A stretch of DNA of 64,000 nt. Source: Octopus sinensis (Eukaryota). Where the stretch lies: NCBI RefSeq assembly GCF_006345805.1, contig NC_043012.1, positions 19,778,001 through 19,842,000 of the forward strand, read 5' to 3'. Shown piece after piece: positions 12,616 through 24,099 of the stretch; within the stretch, counting starts at the first letter, position 1, and each line of letters starts with the position of its first letter. The notes beneath the pieces were generated by a model that saw nothing but the letters and a program-made list of their open reading frames with translations, had not been told where the DNA came from and did no database searches. Position numbers and translations under genes: made by a program.

Positions 12616-13039
12616 ATACATATATATATACATATATGTATATATGTACATACATCCATATATACATATATATATATATATATACATACATTTATATATA
12701 TACACTCACATATATACATACATATATACATACATATATACATATACATACATATACATACACATTACATATATATATATATACATATATATATGCATAT
12801 AAATGTACTTTTTCACCGTTATACAAATAATCAATGACGTTGCATGTCACCTAATATAGTGTGGAACAAAATATTATGTGAGTGTGTTATCCCAAAATCG
12901 TATTAGTACCACAAGAAAGACGATTACATATCTCAACTACTATCATCCAATTATGTCGGCAATTTGCTGAGATGTACGTACTATAATGCATTGAATAACA
13001 CATCTCTTTACAGCTTATTATTTTCTCCCTTTTTCTGCT

Positions 13040-13119
<80 letters not shown>

Positions 13120-13140
13120 AGAGAGAGAGAGAGAGAGAGG
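12500..13140. repeat. (TA)n/(CA)n/(GA)n microsatellite blocks (12500-12800, 13040-13140)
   Basis: Direct reading. Confidence 0.9.
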
Positions 13141-14506
13141 GAGAAATTATTGATCTTCTCTGCATAATTACATTTTTATTCACACTCAGTACCCGTTTAC
13201 AGTTTCTTTTTGTCACCGACGTCAGCGTTTATTCATTCTTCCCTGCAGCTTTTCGCGGTTCACACCAGCTACTATAAACGATGTTGTCTTTGAAGACTGG
13301 AAACGGTCATGATTTGGTAGAGGATAAGTGACGATGGAAGAGCATATCCATGCTTTGTGAGTAAATTGTCCGTTCGTCCAATGCTGTGCCTCTATTTTAC
13401 TTTCGAAATTTATTATTTAAAGGAACCCATTTACTCACTGTAACCCTATATAGCTGAAACTTTTTGCTCCACTTTTCTTTCTTTCTCTTTTCTCTTAGCC
13501 TCTCTTCTTCCCTTTGCTGCTTTTGCTGTCTCTCACTATCCTCCAGCATATTTTTCTATCTCACATCTCCTCCCTCCACTATGTGACTGGTCACTATTCC
13601 TATTTCTCTTTCCAGCATAATTTTTTCGTTAAACAACTGACTTCTTCAGATAATTTTCTCCTGGCTTCCCGCTTTCTTCTTTACCTTGGATATTGGGTTC
13701 CCTTGTTTAAAGTTTGTATTCTTCACTTTCCTACTCTCTTTTCATTTCACCCTTTACTAATGCGTTACTTAAGCACACATTTTGTCTTGTCTCAGAGTCT
13801 CACGCCATTTAATTACATTCTAATTTTGTTTGTATATTTACACTATACGTACACCCATCACCTGTATCGTTTTCTCCTTTTTGCCGGTTCTCAACATCCG
13901 TCCTTTATTTCCAGCAGATCTTCGTTGTTGAAGACACTAAAAATGGACAGCATTATAAAGGCATGAAATGATCTTTGGAAAATTTTTGGCATTTTAGATT
14001 GCTTTTGCAAGAACCTTAAGTCGCAGGAGTAGGTAGCATGTCTGTACATCTATGTATATATGCATGTATGCGCGTTTGTGTTTTTGTCTGTATGTAGGTA
14101 GGTAGGTATTAGCAACTTACGAACGGGTGATTAGATCATGTAAAATAGTTTCCGAGCGAAAGTTCGATTTAATATTTTGTCTGGTTTTTTATATATTCTG
14201 TAATACTTGATGCGGCCCCACCCATCATAATTACTATAATTATGACAATGTGAGTACACGTCTACCGTTTCTAGATTATGGCGATTCTGTTCTATATATT
14301 TATGTAAAGACACACGTGAGTACGCACGCATATATGTACGCTTATATACATGTGCGTATATGTTGCAAGGACCCTTCTCCTTTTGTTTACAGGTGCACGC
14401 TCAGAATTGGTTCTTTCACACTGGCCATTCTTCCAATATTCACCCTTCTTCCAACAAACTTGCTACAAGGCAACACTTCCCTCTCCACCATCAACTTCCT
14501 TTTCAA

Positions 14507-14557
<51 letters not shown>

Positions 14558-14806
14558 ATATATATATACATTTGTGTATGTGTGCGAGTATGAATACATG
14601 TATGCGTCTGCTAATGCGTATTAATACATAGAGTTTGTAGTATTTAATTTATAGGGGGAAAATGTGCATTTTGAGATTAATTCTTGTTTTATTGTTATTT
14701 TAAAATGTTTTACAAAGATAAAGATGAAATTATGGGTTGAGAAATATTGGGAATGGTGTGTGTGGTGTGGGAACAGGAGTGCGTGAGTGCACGTGCGATT
14801 GTTTGT

Positions 14807-15030
14807 GGCGGCGAGCTGGCAGAAACGTTAGCACGCCGAGCGAAATGCGTGGCCGCTTTTCGTCTGCCGTTACGTTCTGAGTTCAAATTCCGCCGAGGTC
14901 GACTTTGCCTTTCATCCTTTCGGGGTCGATAAATTAAGTACCAGATGCGCACTTGGGTCGATGTAATCGACTTAATCCCTTTGTCTGTCCTTGTTTGTCC
15001 TCTCTGTGTTTAGCCCCTTGTGGGTAGTAA
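14807..15030 (+). mobile_element. tRNA-derived SINE family A, full length
   Basis: Head GGCGGCGAGCTGGCAGAAACGTTAGC and B-box GAGTTCAAATTCC. The central GTCGACTTTGCCTTTCATCCTTTCGGGGTCGATAAA resembles the Meta-type SINE domain. Inverted copies lie at 25972 and 60486. Confidence 0.9.
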
Positions 15031-17189
15031 AGGAGTATATGTATGTGTGTTTGTGTGTGTGAGTGTATGTGTGTATTTGTGTGGACGCAAGTACTCTTTC
15101 TGGATTGTATTTACTGGTGCGGCAGCCACTTGGATTGAGAAAACTGAAGAAGGGCGGCGATGATCGTGTCGTTTATTCAGAAACGTGAAACCCAGTATTC
15201 TGATCTACATAACTTTATTACTCAATACGCCTGATGCTCTATCGACAATATTCTTGAAGTTTACATTTTCTGTCATCGCATGCAATTTTTGAGTATATAT
15301 TTGGGATGTGGTGTCTGAATATTTTTGTCGCTATGTGTACCTAATCTCGCCGTTACGGTTATTCAGCTATAGATTATAAATCCTTCTGCATATCAATCAC
15401 GAATATAATCAATAATCTTCAATATTCCCTGATTGTTTTTGCTGAAATATCTAATATGTGTGTTTTAAAGCATAAGCGTCATTGGATTCAAATATATTTT
15501 TATGCTCTCCTTTTACGAAAACATTGGATGGCTTTGTATATAATCAATGACTGTAAAACATAAACAAATAAAATAAATTTAAATATTGATATTCTAAATA
15601 TTTTCAGTTTCTTAAATATTTGGATAATATTTGTTGATTCATTGATTAGTAAGAAAAAAAAATATGTTTTAGCATACACCGGAATTATATAAATCAATTG
15701 GTAATCATGAAGGAACTTTCTTGATAATAACAACAATGTTAAAATCAAAAGTAAACCCACAAAAGCCAAATAAAAACCACATCATTCAGTTGATAACCAT
15801 ATCAGCCCATAAGGATGATTTTAAGTTATGCAACTCATTGCAAACTTTTATTTAATGGGAAAATATTCTAAATCATTTAAATTTATTCCGAAACATTGTA
15901 AATAAAAGAAACTGAATTTGCATAATTTACAAACATAATTCTATTCTTAAAAATCCTCCTGCACATCAAACACTGCAAATTGTTCATTTGAATTAAAATA
16001 TTATTTATTTAATTTTTAATGATATAATCCGCATAAAATCAAATATGCATATCGTCATTTATTTGGAATACCTTCTTCTATAACCCAGTATATTTAGGGG
16101 ATTCTAATTTTAAAGAAAGCTATACAGACAATCTCTTTTATATAAGAGAAAACACAAAAGAACGTTATATTTATTGTTTGGAGACCATTTGACATAATAG
16201 TTTGAATAACTAGAAGCAATTCGAAACACCTATTGCATATTTAATCCAATATCAGCTATACATTCTCGTAAAAATTGTTTAGAAATCAGATGAAACAGTT
16301 ATAAATACAGACATAAGATCTGTAGCAAAGTATCTACAGTGTTTCTACATTTTCGAAATTTATAATGTATATCATTAATAAAACCAGTTAATAAATTATT
16401 GTCTCAATGTTTGCACACAATAGCTCTATTATAGGAGTATGCACGCAAAACCTCACTTATAGCTAATATTTTATGTACAAGAAAGACATTTCTTCAATAC
16501 TAAAGTTACAAAAATATTCAAAATATCCTGTTAATAGGTTAATCAACACAATGGAATCCAAATACAACAAAATTAGCATGTAATGTTTCGATATACACGA
16601 TTATAGACACCATTTGTTTATTTGAACATATATATATATATTCATAGCTTGTTCGTAATTGTTAGCTTTCCAATGCATTGTGGTACTGTAATGTTGTAAG
16701 CTGCAAAAGTGAATATTTTACATACAAAAGATGCGTTAAAAATTCGTATTTATGCAAAAAAGGTTAAAATGGATTTCATACAAATGATTCTAAAAGAGTT
16801 TTATTGCATGCAACAAAGCATGCTGTAAACAAGCTCTTATATATTCATAAATTCTTAAAATACTTCCTATAATATACTGAATCTTTGCATGAAAGATTTT
16901 TATGCACATATTTCGTCTGATAAAAATTTGTTGTTGATATCAAGTCAAATAAAGGAAAGTGAAGTTGAACGTGCAGATAATTACAACGTCATGCTGAAGA
17001 TGTTCGATCGTATCCCACTGGATTATCTGTATATTCTGTGTACACAAACAATGTTAGGGTGACAGGCTTCGATTATTGGTTTAGTTCGGCCTAGCGACAT
17101 CTTTTAGCAGAACAATGAAACGGAACATGGCCTATGTACTTTGAATTTAAAAGTATTCCACGAAAAAATATATATATATATATATCGCC

Positions 17190-17391
17190 ATGTTGATTCG
17201 CTAGCTTCTGCATGCATTTTTTTTCTCTCCTTGTTTCTCTCCGTGTTTCTTTTCTGTGTATCTTTCTGTTGAGCGTAGGCTCGAAACGTAAAAGACTTGT
17301 TCTATTTATATTCCTCAGCGCCATACTAATACAATTGTTTGTTTGTATTCCACCTGCCTTCGTCTTTTGTTTATTTTCATAAAGCTTCCCG

Positions 17392-17392
<1 letters not shown>
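17190..17392 (+). mobile_element. Penelope-like element 3' tail with degenerate hammerhead-like core
   Basis: CTGTT-GAGC-GTAG-GCTC-GAAAC at 17266-17287 forms a stem-loop followed by GAAA, within a pyrimidine-rich tail ending in (TA)n. Confidence 0.45.
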
Positions 17393-17464
<72 letters not shown>

Positions 17465-17468
<4 letters not shown>

Positions 17469-17585
17469 GACGGGCTTTTCGTTGGCGTGTGGCTATAGTA
17501 GAAGATACTTGCCCCGGTGCCACGCAGTGGGACTGAATCCAGAACTATGCGGTTCGTAAGCAAGCTACGTATCACGCCCCCACTC
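17465..17585 (-). mobile_element. SINE family B, internally deleted 5' portion
   Basis: CTATAGTAGAAGATACTTGCCCCGGTGCCACGCAGTGGGACTGAATCC is the reverse complement of the family head and CORE region. Confidence 0.8.
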
Positions 17586-17644
17586 ATATATATATAATAG
17601 GAATAATTACTATGAAGCATTGTGTGAATTAAATAGTATAAAGG

Positions 17645-17823
17645 GTCGATGGTAAGGCCAAAACATTGCGAAGTAAATTCAAGGTAAATCACAAGAAAAT
17701 AAGTATGTAAATTAATGGAAACTTACCTTGCTGAATTCAAGGTAAGTCCACATTAATTCACATAATTCGTTTTCTTGTGATTTACCTTGCATTTACTTCA
17801 CATTGTTTTGGCTTTACCCACGA

Positions 17824-17826
<3 letters not shown>
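17645..17826. repeat. Fold-back inverted repeat, ~87-bp arms with 7-nt loop
   Basis: GGTAAGGCCAAAACATTGCGAAGTAAATTCAAGGTAAATCACAAGAAAA...ACTTACCTTG pairs with CAAGGTAAGT...TTTTCTTGTGATTTACCTTGCATTTACTTCACATTGTTTTGGCTTTACC. Confidence 0.85.
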
Positions 17827-17902
<76 letters not shown>

Positions 17903-18137
17903 TTGTTTGCGTCTGACTTAATGGACTACTCTCCGTTATACAACACATAAACATTATATAACATTGAGGGATGTCAAGTTAAGACACTGAAGTGAGTGTA
18001 TTGTTTTATAGTGGGGTTGCAATTGCAACCATTACTAATCGGTGCAATTGAAACGTGTTGGCCTTTGAAAGGCAGAATATAATTATAGAATTAGGTAATC
18101 CTATTGCTACTTCGGACTAATACTTATTTTAATGTTG

Positions 18138-18202
<65 letters not shown>

Positions 18203-18258
18203 GTGTGTGTGTGTACATATATACATATTTATACATATATATATATCTATATATATAC

Positions 18259-18308
<50 letters not shown>

Positions 18309-19282
18309 TACTAATGTATATTGGCAGAAGGACATATTCCCAATATTTATAAGATTAATCGTGTTTATTTTTGTCGGAAACATCATTTCCACCGTGTCAA
18401 AACTTCTACCTTTCGCTACATATTTGGGGTACACACTACGCATGTGCTCCTGGAGCAAACTCACGTATGTGATTATGTTATGTATTATCTTTTTGCTTTT
18501 TTCGAAACCTGTGGTTAATGCATTGAGACTTGTCGACAACATGGTACCCTTCTTTGAAGCATTCTCCGCAGTGTTCAATTACTGCGGAAGCCCCAGTTAC
18601 ATTTCTGTAGGATTAAGTCCTTGTGAGAATATTGGTAAATGTGTAATCCTTATACAATGTAATACTGCTAACCAGACGATAACATCGGTCGTGGTGGCAC
18701 CAATTGTAATGCTGGAGGTTTCGTGGTCTCCATACACTGCTTTGCCTATGGTTTCATTTCTTTTCTTATTATTGTTACCAACGCTTGCTGCATTACTGCA
18801 TTGTTGTTGCAATTGATAGTATTGTTTCACAGATGGCTGTTTCCTTTGTTTCCCATGTTGTCCTTTGATGTATCTTTCACTGTTATCGCTTGTGTAAGTC
18901 TTTTAGTTATGTGAAGGGGAAATGTTCGATCGTTAATGAACGATGTTGATTCCACACTATATTCTAGAATTATTCCCACACCTCACTTCACCTGTTTGGC
19001 TATTACGATCGTCGACTTCTTTAAATTGATGTTTTTGGAAAGCAAACATTCCAGAATTGTATTATTTTCTTTTGCTCTTTTGTTTTTGTTTTTTGGCTCG
19101 TAACATCAAAATATGTCGAACTACCCAGGTCAAAATGCTCTGACGTACACAATGACTAGCAGATGGTAACAATGAAACTATGTCTAGATATAAGACTAAA
19201 CGATAAATTACGGAGCGCAATCAGTTATTAGTTGCTGGTACAAGAAACATCGCCACAAATATCAACAACAACAGTATCAATA

Positions 19283-19822
19283 TTATTTAGTGAAAGAACA
19301 GTGACACTGAAGTAAAATATACGAAGCCCAGCATACGCATCGTGACTACCCGTCTGTGAAGGGTAGAAGAGGCACATGCATTACAACCATCATTTGTGCA
19401 ACATGGTGATCTCATATCAAGATAAACAGCGCTTAACCTAGTGGATGGGGCTCAGGTAGAATTTTCTTCAGGTGGGACAGCCATCCCGCTCAAATTATCT
19501 TTCAATAAGTATTGTTTAAAGATGTTAAACAAAACAGCTATGTTTCCAGAGGTGAATTCTTCAAACTCCAAAGAATTCCTCTCAACTCATGGCTATAGTG
19601 CTCTGCCACTACTAAACTGCTCGTGACCAGCGATGCACATACCGTCAACCACCAAAGGACATGCTCAACCGGTTAAGATCAAACAACTTACAAGTAAGTC
19701 TGTGGTATAAAGCAGAATATTTGCTGTAGCCCATCTTTTATAGCATGACAAAACAATGTAAAAGGTTTCCAATCAATTAAGATGAGAAGCCACCGGAGCC
19801 AGTAACTGGTACTGCACCAGTG
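19283..19822. mobile_element. ~570-bp (AAT)n-associated element, copy 2 (inverted, diverged), plus a 39-bp terminal fragment at 19945-19983
   Basis: It is a diverged reverse complement of 2965-3538 and abuts an (ATT)n array. Confidence 0.8.
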
Positions 19823-19824
19823 CA

Positions 19825-19875
19825 TTTATTATTATTATTATTATTATCATTATTATTATTATTTTTTTTATTATT

Positions 19876-19934
<59 letters not shown>

Positions 19935-20072
19935 TATTATTATTATTGAGTGAGCGAGCTGTGCATGGCATCAAAGTGACACTATTATTATTATTATTAG
20001 TAGTAGTAGTAGTAACAGTATCAGTAACGTTAGTAGTAGCAGTAGTAGTAGCAGCAGCAGCAGCAGTAACGT

Positions 20073-20109
<37 letters not shown>

Positions 20110-20120
20110 TGTAGTAGTAA
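19825..20120. repeat. (ATT)n/(GTA)n/(GCA)n compound trinucleotide microsatellite
   Basis: Direct reading. It explains the poly-L/V and poly-T/N ORFs. Confidence 0.95.
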
Positions 20121-20586
20121 CTTCAGGAGGGCAAGGAGACTTGGCAAAGACAGTTTTGCATTTGAATATGTTCATTTCGATACGAACAAGCAAGGAAGGG
20201 TTACATCCTGCAAATGTGTATTTTACTTAAGTAATAAACCAAACCTATACTTCAATATACCTTTTGGCGACTGACTATTATATAGTTAGACACTAATATC
20301 TATGTCGCGAAACGGCCTAGAATTATAAGTGACCGAATAATATTTTACATTAAGATAATATTTGGGAACAAAATTTTAATTTAGTCTAGCTGCGTGGCTA
20401 TAATGGCAGTTCGTAAGGGTTCATCTCCTGGGAAGAATGTAGCTTCAACCGTTGAAAAAGCAAATAAAAAGATGAATATAATTCTGACACGATGTCGATA
20501 TCAAATACCATTAAACTTGTGATGTGATCAGCCGGGAATATTTTGCTATACATTTATTGGGTTCTTTTTCTCTTCTTTTCATCTAG

Positions 20587-20727
20587 TTCTGCGGTTATGT
20601 TGGACAACTTGTTAATGGAAAAATATTCAAATATTTTCCAGCTCGTGTATTAACAAACGAAATACTTTTTTAACGCTGTTGATGTTTTGCAAAATGTTCA
20701 ACACAACTTAACTATGGCTATAAGTGA
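20587..20727 (+). CDS. Candidate terminal coding exon, unknown product (FCGYVGQLVNGKIFKYFPARVLTNEILFNAVDVLQNVQTQLNYGYK*)
   Basis: A strong polypyrimidine acceptor (TTCTTTTTCTCTTCTTTTCATCTAG) precedes 46 open codons, and AATAAA follows at ~20822. No family was recognised. Confidence 0.2.
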
Positions 20728-21570
20728 TGCCTCCAACGTATTCTCTCAACACGTGACTGACCACCGAAAAAAATGTGTTTACAGATCAATAATTTAACAT
20801 CTGACTCGAATCAGAAGATGTAATAAAAAATATGAAAATTCTCCATTCGTATAAATATTAAAAATTTGCCGAAATCGAATTTCATTTGAATGTTAGTTTT
20901 CAACAATATCAAGAGTTTTATGAGAAAGTCTAACATACCATACTATTTTGGAAAGTGAATTAATGTTTGAATAGATTATCAACAATATTTTATTGTTTTC
21001 GAAAAATCTTGCATGAATTATATAAGAAAATATTATGATCGTATCAGTGCCCAATATTTTTTTCTGTAAACTGCGTACGAAAATAAACGTAAGTAAATAT
21101 GGTATCAAAAAGTCTATTATCTAGACTCGGTGCACATAGCCAACGAAATACTGATGGATTAAAGAAGGAAGTTATCAGTTCAAATATCTTCAAAATGCAA
21201 GATTTCGAGAGGAAAAGAGCTCAAAACATCTCGTAGAGAGACGATCATTCTACAATCATTATTCTCAGGAAAATATGCACCACAATGGGCTTACATCACA
21301 GCGTGCATTAATAAGCAGTCAATATTTAAAGTTTTCAAGAGACAAGCTGCTAGGAAATATTTCATTTTCTGGAAATACAAATGAAATTACTTCATATTAT
21401 TTGGAAGATTTTGTGTGTGTGGGAGGTAATTTGTATATAGTAGAATAACTTGATGAAAGAGGGGATGAAAATATGTAAATCTGGAGTTAAAATTCTTATG
21501 CAGTTGGCCGCAAATATACGTGAAAGAAGAAATGACACAAACATTTTCAAACACAGACAAATTATCCATT

Positions 21571-22168
21571 ACTAGCACATAGCCCGGCTTTGCTCAGGAT
21601 TAAGTTAGGATTATTAAGCCTATCAAGCTCTTTTTTTCAAATCACACTAAGTGACACCGACGTCAAATCTGAGCAAAATCCTTTGAGATTGGTACACTTT
21701 TGGCTGAAGATGAGTTGCAGACAATTTGATTTGGAAATACCATAAGGAATCGGTTTCTCGATTTTTTCCACTATTTCGTTTTCGTTTTTGGAGAACTTAA
21801 GGTATTCAAAGATCCCATGACTCCTAAGTAAGGCTGGCATCAAGTTTCAACAAAATACATCAAAATTGGTAAAAGTTATGGTTGAAAATGGGGTATACAC
21901 AATTTTAGTGAAAAGTCCTACAAGGAATCAGTTTATCGATTTATTTTTTAATCCTGATTAAATGGAAAACCCCAGAAAGAATCAGTTTTTCGATTTATCT
22001 TTTTCTCCTGATTAAATGGAAAACCTCATAAGGAATCAGTTTCTTGATTTTCACCCCAAATACGACTTAATCGAACACAAAATTGCTGAGATTGGTAAAC
22101 CTTTGGCTGAAAATGAGTTGCAGACAATTTCATTGTTAAAAGCTCAGCTCAGCTTCGCTTCGCTACGC
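21571..22168 (-). mobile_element. Non-autonomous Helitron-like element with 3' hairpin plus CTAG end and internal subrepeats
   Basis: The minus strand ends CCTGAGCAAAGCCGGGCTATGTGCTAGT. ~55-bp tandem units lie at 21921-22050, and a 44-bp segment is duplicated at ~21684 and ~22088. Confidence 0.6.
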
Positions 22169-22169
22169 T

Positions 22170-23926
22170 ACATATTTATGTTAAGAATTTCATGTAAAGG
22201 ATATAGAAATATAAACATAAAAAGGAAATATAAAATTGAGACCTAAATTATATAATGGGTATCACGAGGCGATTGAAAGTATTAGCTCAAAACTGAAGCC
22301 GTTTCTCAAAAGTTTTCAGGGGATGTAGGCAATAGTCGATATTCTGCCCGCTGTATATAAAAGCATTTCCTTCCTCAAGGTTTCTTTCTCCAGGTAAAAT
22401 CCAGTAAAAGGCATTGTTCAGTTGGTGAAAGTTCAGTGAGTGTTCATTTGGTGAAAGTTTTAGTTTTTGAGTATCGATGAATAAGTGACAGAATTAAATC
22501 GGACAAACCTGCTTGTTTTTGAAGTCAAAGAGGATTACCAGTCTTAAATAAGAAATTAAAAGCATTTACAGGTAAGCTTTTAGTTAATCATGCAAATAAT
22601 AGCTTTGCTTAGTTGCTAAGTATTTATGCTTTGTAGTATATTTTGAAACAGATTTTCATTTAAGTAAAAGAAACAATTAGCCAACATAACTCCACATTGC
22701 GAGCATCATAACAATATGAGTCTTCATCAAGGCAGTTGATACCAAAAACAGGACAGTGTAAACAAACGGTAAGGTGAGGTGCTCAACGCTGGAGAAACAA
22801 GCTTTAACAAGAGACAGACGAGAATACGTCTTATCTCTGTAGCTGCACGAGAGGAAAGAATGAATTTCAGTTAGAAGTAGAGAACTGTAATTATTCATAT
22901 TTCGTTTTGGGATTTAGTTTGCAAGATTCTTTATGGAGTTCGTGTGTTGAAGTATATTCTGTTGTGTCTTGGGAGAATCATTTTCTTTTTGTGCCTCATA
23001 ATTTAAAACACTATTAGAATGGATACAAAATATATCAATACAATTTAACACAAGATTCAATGAAAATTTTAGGAAAATAAAAATAAGAAATTAATGGAAA
23101 TTATACCGTGAGTGCGTTAAATTATAAGGCACAATGAGAAAATGACTCTCCCCAGACACGACAGAATAGAATTATTGAATTATGCATAAAGTTGTGGCTT
23201 ACATTCGGGTCTTCAAGTTTCTCTGTAAAAGATACGATAATCGTCTCACTTCCTGACACCACCGATGGAAGACCAAAATTTTCAGAGTACAGTCTTGTTC
23301 TTTCGTTCGTACAAGGATAGTAATATGTTTCGGTTAAAATGAATTTTTTATACAAATATAAAGTATTGAAATAATGAGTTATATATAAAAAAAAAACAGA
23401 ATAGAAAATAAATATCTTAGGCAAAATAAAAATTAGTAATGAGATATTAAGTATATAGTACAACTGTTTTTTTCTCTGTATATGAGCTAAGGATTAATAA
23501 AATGTGACATATGTTAAAAATTTCAGATATTTGTCTTAAAACATTCAGACAAGCAAATTCAGAATTCAGCTGTAGGACATGAGGTATTATTCCATACGAA
23601 TATCCACATATTTATATTAAGAATTTCATGAAAAAGATATAGAAATATAAACATAAAAATGAAATATAAGACTATAAGCATAAAACGTAAATGCCTAAAT
23701 TATATAATGGGTACCATGAGGCGATTGAAAGTATTAACTCAAACCTGCAGCCGTTTCAGAAAAGTTTTCAGGGGATGTAGGCAATAGTCACTATTCTGCC
23801 CACTGTATAAAAACATTTCCATCCTCAGGGTTTCTTTCTCAGGGTAAAATCCAGTAAAAAGCAGTGTTCAGTTGGTGAAAGTTCAGTTTTTCAGTATCGA
23901 TGAATAAATGACAGAATTAAATAGGA
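22170..23926 (+). repeat. ~330-bp direct repeats (22170-22505 and 23606-23926) enclosing ~1.1 kb
   Basis: Colinear, with shared blocks such as AAAAGTTTTCAGGGGATGTAGGCAATAGTC and GGTAAAATCCAGTAAAA. There are no TG..CA termini. Confidence 0.85.
22955..23168. repeat. Imperfect 58-bp inverted repeats (22955-23012 and 23111-23168)
   Basis: TATTCTGTTGTGTCTTGGGAGAATCATTTTC...ATAATTTAAAACACT pairs with AGTGCGTTAAATTAT...GAAAATGACTCTCCCCAGACACGACAGAATA. Confidence 0.8.
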
Positions 23927-24099
23927 CGGATTTTTTTTTCCCACAAGAAAACAACACAGAATGGACAGTACAATCTGATATGGACGAATGGGAATACACA
24001 AAATATGACTTTAAAAATTTAACATAAGAAGATAAGTGATCGAATGATGGTACAGACCGGAAGACATTACGGATGGAGTAGGAGGAGGGGTTTATCACA

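Noticed and set aside
13249-13971. Acceptor/donor pair at ~13250-13357 and a short frame IFVVEDTKNGQHYKGMK* at 13918-13971
   Set aside because: The first has stops in all frames. The second is too short to separate from chance after a pyrimidine-rich tract.
15500-16560. Hydrophobic minus-strand ORF ending LIIYKAIQCFRKRRA, GPCR-tail-like
   Set aside because: Hydrophobicity follows from T-richness, upstream frames are full of stops and there is no NPxxY or DRY.
19777-20230. Poly-L/V and poly-T/N ORFs
   Set aside because: Trinucleotide microsatellite translations
22170-23926. Canonical LTR retrotransposon call
   Set aside because: No TG..CA termini, PBS, PPT or gag/pol in the spacer. Kept only as a direct repeat.
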